Assembly (NCBI GenBank): GCA_903902515.1 | Contig: CAIUVD010000091.1 | Location: forward strand, 8,199 to 72,198 | Reading direction: 5' to 3' | DNA: 64,000 nucleotides | From: an uncultured Planctomycetota bacterium | Lineage (GTDB): Bacteria; Planctomycetota; UBA11346 | In this document: positions 26,105 to 36,740 of the stretch, one piece after another | Position numbering within the stretch: position 1 is the stretch's first letter | How the letters are laid out: each line of letters starts with the position of its first letter | Made by a program: the position numbers and the translations under genes | The notes under the pieces: generated by a model | Databases searched by the model: none | Told to the model about the DNA's origin: nothing | What the model saw: the letters and a program-made list of their open reading frames with translations, nothing else

Positions 26105-27361
26105 ATGGCTCACACCACCCCCCGCCCCCTGTCCGTCACCGACCCTGAACTGGCCGCGATCGTCCAGGCGGAAGCCGAACGGCAGCAGCACACCATCGAA
26201 CTGATCGCCTCGGAAAACATCGTGTCGACGGCGGTGATGGAGACCCAGGGCAGCCTGCTGACCAACAAGTACGCCGAAGGCTACCCCGGGAAGCGCTACT
26301 ACGGCGGCTGCGAGGAGGTCGACAAGGCCGAACTGCTGGCCATCCAGCGGGCCCAGGCCCTCTTCAAGACCGACTACGCGGTCAACGTCCAGCCCCACTC
26401 GGGCAGCCAGGCCAACATGGCCGTCTACATGGCCGCCGGCCTGCAGAAGGGCGACAAGGTTCTGGGCATGTCCCTCGACCACGGCGGCCATCTGACCCAC
26501 GGCTACAAACTCAATTTCAGCGGCCTGGACTACACCATCCAGTCCTATGGGGTGACCCAGGGCGCCCAGGTCATCGACTACGACGAGGTCGAGCGCATCG
26601 CCACCGAGTTCCAGCCGAAGATGATCATCGCCGGGGCCTCGAACTACTCGCGGACCATCGATTTTGCCCGTTTCGCGGCCATCGCCAAGAAAGTCAACGC
26701 GGTGTTCTTCGTCGACATGGCCCACATTGCTGGCCTGGTCGCCGCCGGGCTGCATCCCAGCCCCTTCGGCCACGCCGACTTCGTGACCACGACGACCCAC
26801 AAGACCCTGCGCGGCCCCCGCGGCGGCATGATCTTCGCCCGCAACCCGGACCACATCAAAAAGATGAACAGCCGGGTTTTCCCGGGCATCCAGGGCGGGC
26901 CCCTGATGCACGTCATCGCCGCCAAGGCCGTGGCCTTCGGTGAGGCCCTCAAGCCGGAATTCGTGGAGTACATGACCCGCGTGAAGGCCAGCGCCCACGC
27001 CATGGCCGAGGAATTCAAGACGCTCGGCTGGTCGGTGGTCTCCAACGGCACCGACAACCACCTGTTCAGCCTCAACGTCATGTCCTATGGCGTGACCGGC
27101 AAGCAGGCCGAGGACCTCCTCCACGAGGTCGGCATCACCGTCAACAAGAACCTCATCCCCTTCGACCAGCAGCCCGCCCAGCAGGGCAGCGGCATCCGCA
27201 TCGGTCTGCCAGCCATCTGCTCCCGCGGCTTTGGCGTAGCCGAGGCCGTGAGCGTCGCCCGCCTGATCGACCGGACCCTGAAGCAGAAGGACGATGCCGC
27301 CGCCAAGGCCCAGGTCCGGGCCGAGGCCCGCGCCCTGTGCGACCGTTTCCCGATCTACTGA
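26105..27361 (+). CDS. glyA: Serine hydroxymethyltransferase
   Basis: SHMT motifs ([32 protein letters not shown] with PLP-Lys); start at MAHTTPRPL. Confidence 0.9.
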   Translation: MAHTTPRPLSVTDPELAAIVQAEAERQQHTIELIASENIVSTAVMETQGSLLTNKYAEGYPGKRYYGGCEEVDKAELLAIQRAQALFKTDYAVNVQPHSGSQANMAVYMAAGLQKGDKVLGMSLDHGGHLTHGYKLNFSGLDYTIQSYGVTQGAQVIDYDEVERIATEFQPKMIIAGASNYSRTIDFARFAAIAKKVNAVFFVDMAHIAGLVAAGLHPSPFGHADFVTTTTHKTLRGPRGGMIFARNPDHIKKMNSRVFPGIQGGPLMHVIAAKAVAFGEALKPEFVEYMTRVKASAHAMAEEFKTLGWSVVSNGTDNHLFSLNVMSYGVTGKQAEDLLHEVGITVNKNLIPFDQQPAQQGSGIRIGLPAICSRGFGVAEAVSVARLIDRTLKQKDDAAAKAQVRAEARALCDRFPIY

Positions 27362-27371
27362 GAGACTCCCC

Positions 27372-28073
27372 ATGAAGCCCCTGATTACCGCGTCCGCCCT
27401 CATCCTCGGCTCGGTGGCAGGGGCGGTGGAATTGATGCCGATCAACGACCTGCGGGTCGGCGTTGCCCTCGGCCTGGCCCCAACGGTCACCGAAGAAGTC
27501 CGCACCGATACCACGGACGCCGACTTTGATTGGTCCGGGAATCAGGGCCTGACGGTGCGCTACCAAGTGGATTACTTCAACGGCCTGTCTCGGCGGGGCG
27601 TGGCCCGGCCAGGCTTCATCTGGGGCCTGGGGGCCCTTTACAGCGACACGGATATCCGACCCTCCAGTTACGACCAGAGCGGTGGAGCCTCGATTCCGAA
27701 TCAACGCAAGCGCCTAGGGCTTCAGTATCGCCAGTATGGAGCGTCCCTCTATGCCGGCTATGCCACCATGCCGCACATCACCGAGTACGGCGAATGGACC
27801 CTGGAATTCCTGCCGGTGGTCCGGGGCGGCTACGCCTGGTCGGAAACCGTCGATGGCGCGAACGACCGCACGGAAGCCGGCGGCGGCACCTTCTGGGAAG
27901 GCGGAGCCCAGGTCGGCTGGACCCTCCAAGACAAGGGTTGGCTGCTGAATGTCTTTGCGGGGTACACCTACGGCACCGCCGTGGTGCCGATCGCCATCAC
28001 CGGCGGCGACAGCACCCTGACCATCACCCGTTCATCGCCAGAAATCGGGCTGACGGTGGGCGGCCGCTTCTGA
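27372..28073 (+). CDS. Putative outer-membrane beta-barrel protein with signal peptide
   Basis: MKPLITASALILGSVAGA signal peptide; alternating amphipathic strands; C-terminal aromatic F. Confidence 0.4.
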   Translation: MKPLITASALILGSVAGAVELMPINDLRVGVALGLAPTVTEEVRTDTTDADFDWSGNQGLTVRYQVDYFNGLSRRGVARPGFIWGLGALYSDTDIRPSSYDQSGGASIPNQRKRLGLQYRQYGASLYAGYATMPHITEYGEWTLEFLPVVRGGYAWSETVDGANDRTEAGGGTFWEGGAQVGWTLQDKGWLLNVFAGYTYGTAVVPIAITGGDSTLTITRSSPEIGLTVGGRF

Positions 28074-28174
28074 CGACGCGGCCGACCCCGTGCCGTAACC
28101 CACCACCCGAAGAAACAGCAAAAGCCCGTGTCCAAAGGACACGGGCTTTTGCGTAGGCGTCAGCAGTTGACGGA

Positions 28175-28381
28175 TCAGGCGCGGGCGCGGATCGCTTCGG
28201 CGCGCTCGGCTTCGCGGCGCTTCACGATGCGCTTGCCTTCGCGACGCTTGGTCTCGCTGGGCTTCTCGTAAAAGAGGTTCTTCTTGATGTCCTTGACCAG
28301 ACCTTCCTTCTCACAGCGCTTCTTGAAGCGGCGGATGGTCTTCTCGAGGGGTTCACCGTTACGGGCTTCGACGCGAATCAT
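28175..28381 (-). CDS. rpsU: 30S ribosomal protein S21
   Basis: 68 aa MIRVEARNGEPLEKTIRRFKKRCEKEGL. Confidence 0.85.
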   Translation of the reverse strand: MIRVEARNGEPLEKTIRRFKKRCEKEGLVKDIKKNLFYEKPSETKRREGKRIVKRREAERAEAIRARA

Positions 28382-28613
28382 GCGGCATCCTTATGAAGGG
28401 GGAGTGATGCTAAGAACCTTTTCTGGTTGGCAAGACGAATCCTGAACCGGCAGAGGTGGGGAAGAAACCTAACCAAGGGATGGACGGGTATCGGTAGGTG
28501 GCAGCAAGGATGACGAAACGGAGCAATAGCAGCGCTATTGCGAGTGGAGTCAGACGCCGCTGACGCCTATCGAGACCCGTTCAGACCGCCGGGCGAGGTT
28601 TTTTCACCACCTC

Positions 28614-29135
28614 TTAGGTCGTCTCCAGGCCCCGGGCCATCAGGATCTTGCCAGAGCGGACCTGCTCGACGATGGCGAAGGGCTTCAGCAGGGCCATGAA
28701 GGCGTCGAGCTTGTCGCTCTCGCCCTCGACCCGCAGGATCAGGCTGCTGGCCGCGTAATCGACGACCTTGGCCCGGTAATGCTCGGCGATTTGGAGGATC
28801 TCGGTGCGCTCCTTGAGGTTGACCTTGAGCTTCACCAGGGCCAATTCGCTTTCGATGACCGCCTGGCCCGTGTGGTCGATGGCGTGGACGACATCAATCA
28901 GTTTCTCCAACTGCTTGACGATCTGCTCCAGATTCTCGGGATCGCCCGAGCAGGTGATGGTCATGCGACTGAATTCGCCGGGCTGGGCATCGTATTCCGG
29001 AACCGACAGGGCCGGGCTGACGACCAGGGACTCGATGTTGTAGCCGCGACGGCTAAAAATCAGGGTCACGCGGGTCAAGACGCCGGGTTTGTTGCGGACG
29101 AGCAGAGAGAGGGTGTGCAAGGTGGGGGCAGTCAT
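28614..29135 (-). CDS. ilvH: Acetolactate synthase small (regulatory) subunit
   Basis: ACT domain HTLSLLVRNKPGVLTRVTLIFSRRGYNIESL; directly downstream of ilvB. Confidence 0.85.
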   Translation of the reverse strand: MTAPTLHTLSLLVRNKPGVLTRVTLIFSRRGYNIESLVVSPALSVPEYDAQPGEFSRMTITCSGDPENLEQIVKQLEKLIDVVHAIDHTGQAVIESELALVKLKVNLKERTEILQIAEHYRAKVVDYAASSLILRVEGESDKLDAFMALLKPFAIVEQVRSGKILMARGLETT

Positions 29136-29176
29136 GGGATTCTCGCGCAGAAGGACGGTGATGGGAGGCCAACGGA

Positions 29177-30886
29177 TCAGGTCGATCCGGTCGGCTTCTC
29201 CATCTTCACCTTGGGCTTTTCGACGATCATGCCGGTCAGGGCAGCGCCGGCCGGGATCATCGGGAAGACGTTGTCTTCCTTGACGACCTCGGCCTCGATG
29301 AGGCACGGTCCGGACTGGGCATTGGCCCACTTGATCGCCTTGTCGACATCACCCGAGCGCTTGATGCGCTTGGCCTTGACGCCGTAGGCCTCCGCAAGCT
29401 TCACGAAATCCGGATTCCCTTCGAGATCCGCGCCGGACAGACGGTTGTCGAAGAACAACTCCTGCCACTGGCGGATCATGCCCAGGTAACGGTTGTTGAT
29501 GATCAGGATCTTGACCGGGACCTTCTGCAGCAAAGCCGTGGACAGCTCGCAGAGGGTCATCTGGAAGCCGCCATCACCGACCACACACCACGCGGGCTTA
29601 CCCGTGGCCATAGCCGCACCGATGGCCGCCGGAAAGCCGAAGCCCATGGTGCCCGCACCGCCCGAGGACAGCCAATAACGGTTCTTGGTCGTCAGGCAGA
29701 ACTGGGCCGCCCACATCTGGTGCTGGCCGACGTCGGTGCTGATGATGGCGTCCCGGCCGCCCAACTTATCGAGGCGGTCAAGAACGTGCTGGGCCCGCAG
29801 GCCACCCTTCTTCGGGTACTTGAGGGGGTACTGCTTGCGCCAGCCCTGGATGTCCCGCAGCCAGTCGGCGGTGTCGGCCTTCTTCACCAGGGGCAGCAGG
29901 TCCTCGATGACCAACTTGGCGTCACCGGCGATGCTGACGTGGGGCTTGATGATCTTGCCGAACTCGGCGACGTCGATGTCGACGTGGATCTTGATCGCGT
30001 CCTTGCAGAACTCCGAAAGTTTGCCGGTAATGCGGTCGTCCCACCGGGCACCGATGGCCATGATCAGGTCGCAGCCCGACACCGTCTTGTTGGCGTAGGC
30101 CGTGCCGTGCATGCCCAGCATGCCCTGGTGGAGGGGATGGTCCTCGGCGACCGCGCCCTTGCCGAGCAGGGTGTTGACGATGGGCGCCTGCAGTTTCTCG
30201 GCCAACTGGAGGATCGCCTTGCCAGCGCCAGAAATGACGGCCCCGTGGCCGACGTAGAGAACCGGCTTCTTGGCCTTCATCAGGTAGGCTGCTGCCTGGG
30301 CAATCAGGGCCTGGTCGCCACGGCCCGGAATCCTGTAGCCCGGCAGGTTGACGGAGTCGACGAAGGGCGCCGAGCACGGGCCCTGGGTGATGTCCTTGGG
30401 CAGGTCGATCAGGACCGGACCCGGACGGCCGGTGGTCGCGATGTACCAGGCCTCTTTCATAACCCGGGGAATGTCGGCGGCGTTCTTGACCAGATAGCTG
30501 TGCTTGACGACCGGATAGGTAATGCCGGTGGTGTCCGCCTCCTGGAAGGCGTCCTTGCCAAGCATCGGACTGATGGTCTGGCCCGTCAGGACGATCATCG
30601 GGACCGAATCCATGAGGGCCGTCAGCAGACCGGTGACGCAATTGGTGGCCCCCGGCCCGGAGGTGACGAGGACCACGCCCGGCCGGCCCGAAGCCCGAGC
30701 ATAGCCATCGGCCATGTGGGTGGCCCCCTGTTCGTGGCGGGTCATGACCAATTTGATCTTGGAATCGATCAGCGCATCAAAGATCGGCATGGCTGCGCCG
30801 CCGGAGTAGCCGTAAATGACGTCCACACCCTCGCGTTCGAGGCAACGGATGACGACTTCACCGCCAGTTGGGATCTTTTGGCTCAT
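29177..30886 (-). CDS. ilvB: Acetolactate synthase large (catalytic) subunit
   Basis: ThDP-enzyme motifs (GDGGFQM, full three-domain length); start at [11 protein letters not shown]. Confidence 0.9.
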   Translation of the reverse strand: MSQKIPTGGEVVIRCLEREGVDVIYGYSGGAAMPIFDALIDSKIKLVMTRHEQGATHMADGYARASGRPGVVLVTSGPGATNCVTGLLTALMDSVPMIVLTGQTISPMLGKDAFQEADTTGITYPVVKHSYLVKNAADIPRVMKEAWYIATTGRPGPVLIDLPKDITQGPCSAPFVDSVNLPGYRIPGRGDQALIAQAAAYLMKAKKPVLYVGHGAVISGAGKAILQLAEKLQAPIVNTLLGKGAVAEDHPLHQGMLGMHGTAYANKTVSGCDLIMAIGARWDDRITGKLSEFCKDAIKIHVDIDVAEFGKIIKPHVSIAGDAKLVIEDLLPLVKKADTADWLRDIQGWRKQYPLKYPKKGGLRAQHVLDRLDKLGGRDAIISTDVGQHQMWAAQFCLTTKNRYWLSSGGAGTMGFGFPAAIGAAMATGKPAWCVVGDGGFQMTLCELSTALLQKVPVKILIINNRYLGMIRQWQELFFDNRLSGADLEGNPDFVKLAEAYGVKAKRIKRSGDVDKAIKWANAQSGPCLIEAEVVKEDNVFPMIPAGAALTGMIVEKPKVKMEKPTGST

Positions 30887-31014
30887 GATACGGCTCCTGG
30901 GCACCTCCATCATCGGCGGTGCGGGGCATGACCGTAGCGAATTTTCGGTCCCGTCAACCATTCTCAACCGACAGAGCCCGCCATTATCAATAAATTACCC
31001 CATAAATCGAATGG

Positions 31015-31449
31015 TCATGGCCGATCGACTGTCGAATCCGGGGCTTTTTGGTCCGAAGTTGAGCCTTCGTGAGCGGTCGGGGTCACAAAACCCTTCGCCT
31101 CGTTGTACTTTCGGCTCGACCCTCGGAACTCCTCGACGGGATACTTGAGCCGGGCCTTGGCCAGCTTCCGGGCAAAGGCCGCCGTCAGATCGACGCCACT
31201 GCGATCCGCCAGGCGAATCAGGAGGGTGAAGACATCGGCAATCTCGTCATCCCAGGCCTGCTTCTTCTCCGGGGCGATGAGATTCGCGCCGTCCCCATCC
31301 CAACGGACCAAATCCGCGACCTCCCCCAGCTCGGACATCACGGCTAACAGCAGATTGCGGGGGCTATGAAAGCGCTGCCACTCCCGCTCATCGGCAAAGG
31401 CCTGCACTTCCGCCCGGATGTCTTCCAGGTCGCGGGGGGTAAAGGCCAT
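31015..31449 (-). CDS. MazG-like nucleotide pyrophosphohydrolase
   Basis: EVQAFADEREWQRFHSPRNLLLAVMSELGEVADLV...EIADVFTLLIRLA all-alpha NTP-PPase signature. Confidence 0.6.
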   Translation of the reverse strand: MAFTPRDLEDIRAEVQAFADEREWQRFHSPRNLLLAVMSELGEVADLVRWDGDGANLIAPEKKQAWDDEIADVFTLLIRLADRSGVDLTAAFARKLAKARLKYPVEEFRGSSRKYNEAKGFVTPTAHEGSTSDQKAPDSTVDRP

Positions 31450-31470
31450 GTTCGCCTCCTCACACGGGGA

Positions 31471-31935
31471 TTATGCCAGCAGCGACAACTCGCCCGCATC
31501 AAACGAGCGCTCGCAGTAGGTGCAGCGGACCGTCAACGGGTTGGCCACCACCACCCCAAAGCGGGTCGGCCACCGTTCGTGGTTGGTCACGCAATTGGGA
31601 TTGGCGCAGCGGGCGATGTCATCGAACCACGGCGGCACCTCCACCTGCTGCTTCGAAATCACCTGATAATTGCGGATGATGCAAATGGTGGCGCTGGGGG
31701 CGATCAGGGCCAGGGCGCTGGCATCCCGACCGACGATTTCCCGACCACTAATCTTAACCACGCCTTTGCGACCAACTCGGGAGGAGCGCAGATTGATGCC
31801 GATGAACACCTGATCATCCCCCTGGGCCAGAAGGTTGGCCACCTTCAGGGTCATGTCGGCGGGAATGTGGTCGATCACCGTGCCATTGGCGATGGCTTCG
31901 ACCTGACGGACATGGGCGGGATCGACGATCGACAT
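31471..31935 (-). CDS. pyrI: Aspartate carbamoyltransferase regulatory subunit
   Basis: 154 aa, Zn-finger cysteines CANPNC...CTYC at the C-terminus. Confidence 0.85.
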   Translation of the reverse strand: MSIVDPAHVRQVEAIANGTVIDHIPADMTLKVANLLAQGDDQVFIGINLRSSRVGRKGVVKISGREIVGRDASALALIAPSATICIIRNYQVISKQQVEVPPWFDDIARCANPNCVTNHERWPTRFGVVVANPLTVRCTYCERSFDAGELSLLA

Positions 31936-32978
31936 CAGCAGGCTCCCGTGACCAAGGCGACCAGGGCTTGGCGAACCGGAATGCCGTTCCCCGCCTGCTG
32001 GAAGTAGTGGGCATGCACCGTGGCATCCACGTCCTGGGCGATTTCATTCACCCGGGGCAGGGGGTGCAGAATGCGCAGGGCCGGCTTTGCGGATTTGAGC
32101 ATCGCCGCCGTGATCCGGTAACTGGCCTTAATGTGGTCAAACTCGAGGGGATCCGGGAAGCGCTCTTCCTGGAGCCGCGTCATGTAGAGGACATCCGCCT
32201 CTTCCACCGCCTCCTGCAGGCTGGCGCAGGGCGTCACGGTGACGCCGAAGGCCTTGGCCTCGGCCAAGTGGTGCTCGGGCATCTCCAGCCCCCGGGGGGC
32301 GACGGTCAGCACCCGCACCGTCGGGAAGTGGTGGAGGGCCGTCAATAAACTGTGGACGGTTCGGCCGTACTTCAGATCCCCAGCAAAGGCCAGGGTCAGG
32401 GGCGCACCTTCCAACAGGGCGGGAAACAGCCCGGCGATGGTGAACAGGTCAAGGAACGTTTGGCTGGGGTGCTGATTCGCGCCGTCGCCGCCATTAATGA
32501 CCGGCCGCCGCGAAACTTCACTCGCCAGACGAGCGGAACCATCCCGGGGATGGCGCATCACGATCACATCGGCGTACTGCTCGACCATGCGGATGGTATC
32601 GGCCAGGCTTTCGCCCTTCTTGGTCGAGGAACTGGCCGCGTCACTGAAGCCGATCACCCCGCCGCCACAGGTCTGCATGGCGGCTTCGAAGGACAGACGA
32701 GTGCGGGTGCTGGGCTCGAAAAACAGCGTCGCCATCAGGCGGCCCTGCAACAGATCCCGACGGGGCCGGGCCGCGAGGTCGCGGGCCGTGGCCAGAATGT
32801 GGAGGATCTCGTCGCGGCTGAAGTCGGCGATCGAGAGGACATGGCGGCCGGCGAGGGAAGGCACGGAAAGCAGTGTGGGGCAGGAGGCGGCTTGTCGAGA
32901 TGCGGGACCGCCAAAAGGGACCCCGATGCGGATTTTGACCCGTGGGTGATGCACCCCCCCAATTTCGGACCGTAACAC
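31935..32978 (-). CDS. pyrB: Aspartate carbamoyltransferase catalytic subunit (true start probably a non-ATG codon downstream of the annotated Met)
   Basis: STRTR and HPLP motifs; conserved N-terminus begins about LLSVPSLAGRHVLSIADFSRDEIL, 40 aa inside the ORF. Confidence 0.8.
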   Translation of the reverse strand: MLRSEIGGVHHPRVKIRIGVPFGGPASRQAASCPTLLSVPSLAGRHVLSIADFSRDEILHILATARDLAARPRRDLLQGRLMATLFFEPSTRTRLSFEAAMQTCGGGVIGFSDAASSSTKKGESLADTIRMVEQYADVIVMRHPRDGSARLASEVSRRPVINGGDGANQHPSQTFLDLFTIAGLFPALLEGAPLTLAFAGDLKYGRTVHSLLTALHHFPTVRVLTVAPRGLEMPEHHLAEAKAFGVTVTPCASLQEAVEEADVLYMTRLQEERFPDPLEFDHIKASYRITAAMLKSAKPALRILHPLPRVNEIAQDVDATVHAHYFQQAGNGIPVRQALVALVTGAC

Positions 32979-33113
32979 GGATAGGACATTGCGGCTGGAG
33001 GGTCTTCCTGGTATACTGATTCGTGAGGCAGCCCTGAATGCCTCTGGAACATCCTTGCCCGCTCATTCAGGGCTCTGGCGGGCATCCGACACCCTCGATC
33101 CCGAGGTCTTCCC

Positions 33114-33416
33114 ATGGTCGATATCCACATCTCCGGCGTCCACTACCAGGTCAGTGACAAGGTGAAATCCTATGTCACGGACAAGATGACTTCACTCTCG
33201 AAGTTCCACGCCGGGTTGAATAAAGTGCATGTCACGATCCACCCCCAAGAAAAACACGGCTATCGTGTTGATGTGGACATGCACCTGCCCCACGGCAAGG
33301 ATGTCATTGCTCATGACAGTGAAGACACGGTGTACTCGGCGATCGATGTCGTCCACGACAAGGCCGCAGCCCAGCTGCGGAAGATCCACGAGAAGGAGGC
33401 CCACCATAAGCGCTAG
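33114..33416 (+). CDS. hpf: Ribosome hibernation promoting factor (RaiA/HPF, short form)
   Basis: 100 aa MVDIHISGVHYQVSDKVKSYVTDKM... Confidence 0.8.
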   Translation: MVDIHISGVHYQVSDKVKSYVTDKMTSLSKFHAGLNKVHVTIHPQEKHGYRVDVDMHLPHGKDVIAHDSEDTVYSAIDVVHDKAAAQLRKIHEKEAHHKR

Positions 33417-33647
33417 CACATCCTGGCAGGTCCCCGGAGCCGTTGGGCTGGTTTGATAGGCCGGTACTGACGTGATGGAGTGGAAAGGTTGATGAGCAGT
33501 GCGTTGTGATGCATGACCCGTGTATGAAGCATTGTTGAATTGTTGTTCGTGATGACGAAGTGACGCACGTTGCTGACCCGTCGCAGACCCGTTCGCAAGG
33601 TTCTTTGTCCCGTTGAGTTGCATCGCCCCTGCTCCGCCGACCTGCGC

Positions 33648-33678
33648 GGCCCCCGGTATCCCCGGGGGCCGTTTTTTT
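33648..33678 (+). terminator. Strong rho-independent terminator GGCCCCCGG tatc CCCGGGGGCC GTTTTTTT
   Basis: Perfect 9-10 bp GC stem plus 7-T tract, about 230 nt downstream of the hpf stop. Confidence 0.75.
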
Positions 33679-33718
33679 GGCCTCGTTGTATTCCCGGGGC
33701 GATTCAGACCCTCCCACC

Positions 33719-34363
33719 ATGATCGCCCCCGCCGCCCTGCTCCTGGACCTTGATGGCACCCTGGTGGACAGCGAACCCCGCCACGTCCGGGCCCACCTCC
33801 GCTTCCTGGCCGGGGTCGGCCTGGCAGTGACCGAAGCCGACTGCCTGGCCAACATCGGCAAGGGGGACCGCAGTTTTTACCGCCTCCTGCGGGAACGGGC
33901 TGGCCGCACCGATGGCGACCCCGACGTGTGGGTCGAGGGCAAGACCGATGTGCTGATCGACCTGTACCGGACCGAAGGTCTGCCCCTGCAGCCCGGCGTC
34001 ACGGCCCTTTTGGAGCGCGCCTGGCGGGCCGGCATCCCCTGCCAGATCGTGACTTCCGCCGAGCGCCGCCTGGCGGTCGCCGCCCTGAAGGCCACCGGCT
34101 TGAGCCAGCGGCTCCCAGCCCGGGTCTGTTTCGAAGACGTGACCCGGCCCAAACCCAACCCAGACCCCTACCTGCTGGCCGCCCGTCGCCTGGGCCTGCC
34201 CCCCGCCCGCTGCTGGGTGATCGAGGACAGCGTCACCGGCGCTACCGCCGGGATGGCGGCGGGTTGCACCACCTGGGCGGTGGCCGGGCTGGTGCCCGCG
34301 GATCGTCTGGCGGCCACCGGCGCCCGGGTGGTGACCTCCATCGACCAGGTGACCTGGGCATGA
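33719..34363 (+). CDS. HAD-superfamily hydrolase (beta-phosphoglucomutase-like)
   Basis: LLLDLDGTLVDS motif I (DxDGT). Confidence 0.7.
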   Translation: MIAPAALLLDLDGTLVDSEPRHVRAHLRFLAGVGLAVTEADCLANIGKGDRSFYRLLRERAGRTDGDPDVWVEGKTDVLIDLYRTEGLPLQPGVTALLERAWRAGIPCQIVTSAERRLAVAALKATGLSQRLPARVCFEDVTRPKPNPDPYLLAARRLGLPPARCWVIEDSVTGATAGMAAGCTTWAVAGLVPADRLAATGARVVTSIDQVTWA

Positions 34364-35070
34364 CCCCGTGGTGGAAAGCCGCCTTCGGCGAGGACTACCT
34401 GGCGGTCTACGCCCACCGGGATGACGCCCAGGGCGCGGCCGAGATCGCTGGGATTCTCCCGCACCTGCGGGGTCCGGTCCTGGATGCGGGCTGCGGCGGT
34501 GGGCGGCACCTGGCGGCGTTGCGGGCCGCCGGACTGACGGCCGTGGGCTTTGACCTGAGCCAGCCCCTGCTGACCGCCGCCCGCGAACGCCCGGCCGTGC
34601 GCGGCCGGATCACCCGGGGCGACCTTCGGGCCATCCCCCTGGCGGACGGAGCCTTTGCCAGCGTCCTGGTGTTGTTCACGGCGTTTGGCTACTTCGACGA
34701 TGAGGCCAACGCGGCCACCCTGCAGGGCCTGGAGCGGCACCTCACCTCCGACGGCTTGCTGATCCTGGATCTGCCGGATGCGGCCTGGGTCCGGGCGACC
34801 CTGGTGCCCCATTCCGAGCGGACCACCGCCACCGGCATCCGGATCACCGAAGACCGCTCCCTGACCCCGACCCGGGTCGAGAAACAGGTGACGTTGGTCC
34901 ATCCCGATGGACGGCAGCGAACCTATCGCGAGTCCGTACGGCTCTATGACGATGCTGATTTGCCCCGACTAGCGACCCCGGTGGGCCTGCGGGTGGCGGA
35001 TTGCTGGCCATCCCTGCGGGGGCCCGATCAGGACGACCATCGTCGGGTCTGGTTCCTGCGCCGCCCCTGA
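34360..35070 (+). CDS. Class I SAM-dependent methyltransferase
   Basis: VLDAGCGGGRH (motif I) and ASVLVLFTAFGY (post-II region). Confidence 0.65.
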   Translation: MTPWWKAAFGEDYLAVYAHRDDAQGAAEIAGILPHLRGPVLDAGCGGGRHLAALRAAGLTAVGFDLSQPLLTAARERPAVRGRITRGDLRAIPLADGAFASVLVLFTAFGYFDDEANAATLQGLERHLTSDGLLILDLPDAAWVRATLVPHSERTTATGIRITEDRSLTPTRVEKQVTLVHPDGRQRTYRESVRLYDDADLPRLATPVGLRVADCWPSLRGPDQDDHRRVWFLRRP

Positions 35071-35078
35071 CCGCCGAC

Positions 35079-35129
35079 GCCCTGCCAAGCGCAGGAGCAG
35101 CCCAGATTCGCCCCTGCGCTTGGCAGGGC
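35079..35129 (+). repeat. Perfect 17-bp inverted repeat GCCCTGCCAAGCGCAGG / CCTGCGCTTGGCAGGGC (hairpin without U-tract) after the methyltransferase gene
   Basis: Exact reverse-complement arms, 17-nt loop. Confidence 0.5.
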
Positions 35130-35296
35130 AATGTCTGGTAAATCAGCTGATTTATTGCTAATTATCCCGTATTTCTTTGTCGAAATTCCCATGGCATGCC
35201 CATAGCTCCGGCACTGGCGTGGCCGGCACTTCCCCCTCGGGGGGGCCAAGGCCCATTCCGTCGCCGTGACGCTTCAGCCCCTGTGAAAGGGCCCCT

Positions 35297-35797
35297 ATGG
35301 ACATTCGTTATCTCTACCTCCCCCTCGCCGTCGCCCTGGCGGCCAACATCGGCTGCACCTCGACGACACCTCCGGCGACTCCCGCCACTCCGGTGTCGTC
35401 ATCCCCGGTGTCGACGCCGGGGACCACCACCCAGCACATCGAGGACATCAAGCAGGACGCCAAGGCCCTCCACCAAGACCTCGACGAGTACACGTTCACC
35501 CAAAAGACCGAATACACGGCCCGCATGAAAACCCAGCTCGATGAGGTTCAGGCCGAACTGGACCAGATGAACGCCAAGATCGAAGCCGCCAACGAGGCGA
35601 CCCGGTCCGAATACCGGCCCAAGGTCCAGGCCCTCCGTGACCAGCTGGCGAAACTCCACCTCCAGCTCGACAAGGCCCGGGAATCCGACGCCTCGACCTG
35701 GAATGACGTCAAGAAGGGCATGCGCAGTGGGTATCAGGACCTCAAGGAAGGCGTGAAAACCTCCCGCCAGTGGCTCAGCGATAAAATCGCCCCGTGA
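35297..35797 (+). CDS. Lipoprotein with Pro/Thr/Ser linker and coiled-coil region
   Basis: Lipobox NIGC; TTPPATPATPVSSSPVSTPGTTT linker; heptad-rich remainder. Confidence 0.5.
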   Translation: MDIRYLYLPLAVALAANIGCTSTTPPATPATPVSSSPVSTPGTTTQHIEDIKQDAKALHQDLDEYTFTQKTEYTARMKTQLDEVQAELDQMNAKIEAANEATRSEYRPKVQALRDQLAKLHLQLDKARESDASTWNDVKKGMRSGYQDLKEGVKTSRQWLSDKIAP

Positions 35798-36288
35798 ACC
35801 GACGACCCACCACCAACCCCATGGCTGAGGATTTCATGAAACTTGCCCCTTCCAGCACCGCCACCACCAAGGTGATGCCCGTCACCTCCAACGGTGCCTC
35901 CACCACCCAGGTGTCACCGATCTCGCCGACGGCGACCGCCACGCAGACCCTGCAGACCCAGCCAACGCCGGAAAACCACCGCCACCTGATCCCGATCCCC
36001 TTTGAGTTTCGGTATTCGACGGCGACCACCGTTGCCATTGCCGGGGACTTCAACGGGTGGAACCCCACGGCCTCAATGATGCACCAAACCGGCGGTGGAC
36101 GCTGGTCGACCAGCATCCCCCTGCCCCATGGGCGCCACGAATACCGGATGGTGGTCGATGGCGTGTGGATGCCGGACCCCCTGGCCATGGCCGCCGTCGC
36201 CAATCCCTATGGCGGCAGCAATTCCGTGGTCCTGGTGCCACCGCTAGACCACACCAACGCCACCACTCCCACCACCCGCACCGCCTGA
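35794..36288 (+). CDS. CBM48 / glycogen-binding (AMPK-beta-like, isoamylase N-terminal) domain protein
   Basis: PFEFRYSTATTVAIAGDFNGWNP...GRHEYRMVVDGVWMPDP is the CBM48/E-set signature. Confidence 0.5.
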   Translation: MNRRPTTNPMAEDFMKLAPSSTATTKVMPVTSNGASTTQVSPISPTATATQTLQTQPTPENHRHLIPIPFEFRYSTATTVAIAGDFNGWNPTASMMHQTGGGRWSTSIPLPHGRHEYRMVVDGVWMPDPLAMAAVANPYGGSNSVVLVPPLDHTNATTPTTRTA

Positions 36289-36302
36289 ACGGACCACCCA
36301 CC

Positions 36303-36740
36303 ATGACGACCCCCACCCGCCTCCATCTCCTGTCGACCGTCGGCTGCGCCCTGGGCCTGCTGGCGGCCACCCTGGCCCCCGGCTGGAGCGAGGATGCCCA
36401 AGCAAAACCCGTGGACATTCCGGCCCCCTGCAAAGACATGATGTCGAAACGCCAGGCCATGCAGGAAGACGCCAAGAAACAGGACACCATCCTGAGTGAC
36501 CATCTGGCCAAGCACCGGGCCTTGGCGCCGGAACTGAAACCCGCGCATCTGGATGAAATGGTCCTCTTGATGGCCGAACAGCGGATCGCCCGCCACGGTA
36601 TGCAAGAAATCCTGCACACCGGGATGATGGCCCATATGGCCAGCCATCGGGGCATGGGGGCCAACTGCCCGATGATGGATCCGCCGATGGCGCCCGGCCA
36701 CCGGGATGATGTCGGAAGACAGGGCGCCCAAAAGCCATGA
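36303..36740 (+). CDS. Secreted protein with Met/His-rich C-terminus (possible periplasmic Cu/metal-binding protein)
   Basis: Signal peptide MTTPTRLHLLSTVGCALGLLAA; C-terminal HTGMMAHMASHRGMGANCPMMDPPMAPGH. Confidence 0.4.
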   Translation: MTTPTRLHLLSTVGCALGLLAATLAPGWSEDAQAKPVDIPAPCKDMMSKRQAMQEDAKKQDTILSDHLAKHRALAPELKPAHLDEMVLLMAEQRIARHGMQEILHTGMMAHMASHRGMGANCPMMDPPMAPGHRDDVGRQGAQKP

